64,000 nucleotides of DNA, from the NCBI GenBank assembly GCA_963514005.1, contig OY740809.1:22010001-22074000 (forward strand), in the 5' to 3' direction. The first letter of the stretch is position 1. Each line of letters begins with the position of its first letter. Shown here in pieces: positions 63,144 through 64,000 of the stretch. The notes under the pieces are model-generated. The model was not told the DNA's origin and did not search any database. It saw nothing but the letters and a program-made list of their open reading frames with translations. Both the position numbers and the translations under genes were made by a program. The DNA comes from Raja brachyura. Lineage: Eukaryota.

Positions 63144-64000
63144 GTTATTGTTATGGGTGTCTCTTATGGTGTCTCTTCTGGTACCTCCCAAGTTTTTAGA
63201 GGGATTAGTTTAGTTTCAGTGAGAAATGGTTTCATTGCCTGATGGATGGGAAATGGTTCAAAATGTGTTCATCTCACATGGATTTATTTTTGGAAAAAAC
63301 AAGGTAGGTAATTTAAAAGGGCGTATAACCTGAATCTGGCATGTTCCTGTTCAATAGATGAGGTTTAAATTATCCTTAGTGTCTTTAGTGCTTGCATGTT
63401 AAAAGCAAATGTTAAATCAAGGTCAATAGGCCATGTTACTCAAGCTGCATATTGTAAATCTGTGGGAAAAGGGTAAAAGACACAGTCAAAGTCTCCCCTA
63501 ATCATTCCTATTTTTTCTGTGAAAGTAGGTAAGGAGAATATACCAGTACAAATAGTTGTTCACCATGATATATTAAATTCTGCCCTGATTATGGATTCAG
63601 AAAGACAAAGAGATATATCATTCCAAAATAAATGTGCCAATACCCTAAGAATGATACACGGAGACTATGTTGGATTAATTGCTCTGAATTCGCTTTCTGT
63701 TACCTCTTGGCAAATTTACGAGGCCTTAGATTGCGACCAGTTTCTAGTTGCTACTTCACCAACTCTGAAAGTTGTTTTAAATTATTTACCTGATAAATAT
63801 TCGGGAACTGTTCAAATTCCATCCATGGGAAACTTGATTTAAGTTTGAGTGCAACATTGCTAATGTATTCGCTTTGAATCCTATTACATTTGATAAGACG
63901 GGCAAACTTAACTTGGACCTTATTTATATCCCACGTACACCTGTAACTGAGGTATAAAATAGATGCCCTCTTATTGCAGTTCTTCTTTCGAGGAAAACCA

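Noticed and set aside
57465-64000. Exon 6 (EAVHLARDFGYVCE...) of the AP-2 gene
   Set aside because: No matching sequence seen; presumably downstream of the window
1-64000. CRISPR array or prokaryotic/viral system
   Set aside because: No regularly spaced repeat-spacer array or dense ORF organisation; the sequence is an intron-rich vertebrate locus

Overview
Vertebrate genomic DNA, most likely a cartilaginous fish (skate/ray-type repeats: CR1 LINEs, HE1/V-SINE-type SINEs, Rex1/Babar-like LINE tails, long poly-G/C runs). The only supportable gene is a + strand AP-2 (TFAP2) transcription factor. Coding exons 1-5 lie at 10629-10655, 11251-11712, 19344-19404, 56734-56959 and 57346-57464, all with canonical GT-AG junctions and matching phases. 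Exons 6-7 lie beyond the window, and intron 3 is about 37.3 kb. The best paralogue call is tfap2e; tfap2b is the alternative. The 5' part of the locus sits in a CpG-retaining domain of about 22 kb. The most interesting non-genic signal is a family of 12 or more short, often fold-back interspersed repeats, several flanked by 10-17 bp target-site duplications. Their core reads CTGAAGA-A-GGGT-CTCG-ACCC-GAAA-CG-TC, a minimal type I hammerhead ribozyme of the kind associated with Penelope-like retroelements. Intact cores occur only upstream of the gene or antisense to it; every sense-strand intronic copy is damaged. Repeat boundaries were read by eye and are approximate unless a TSD or splice site fixes them.
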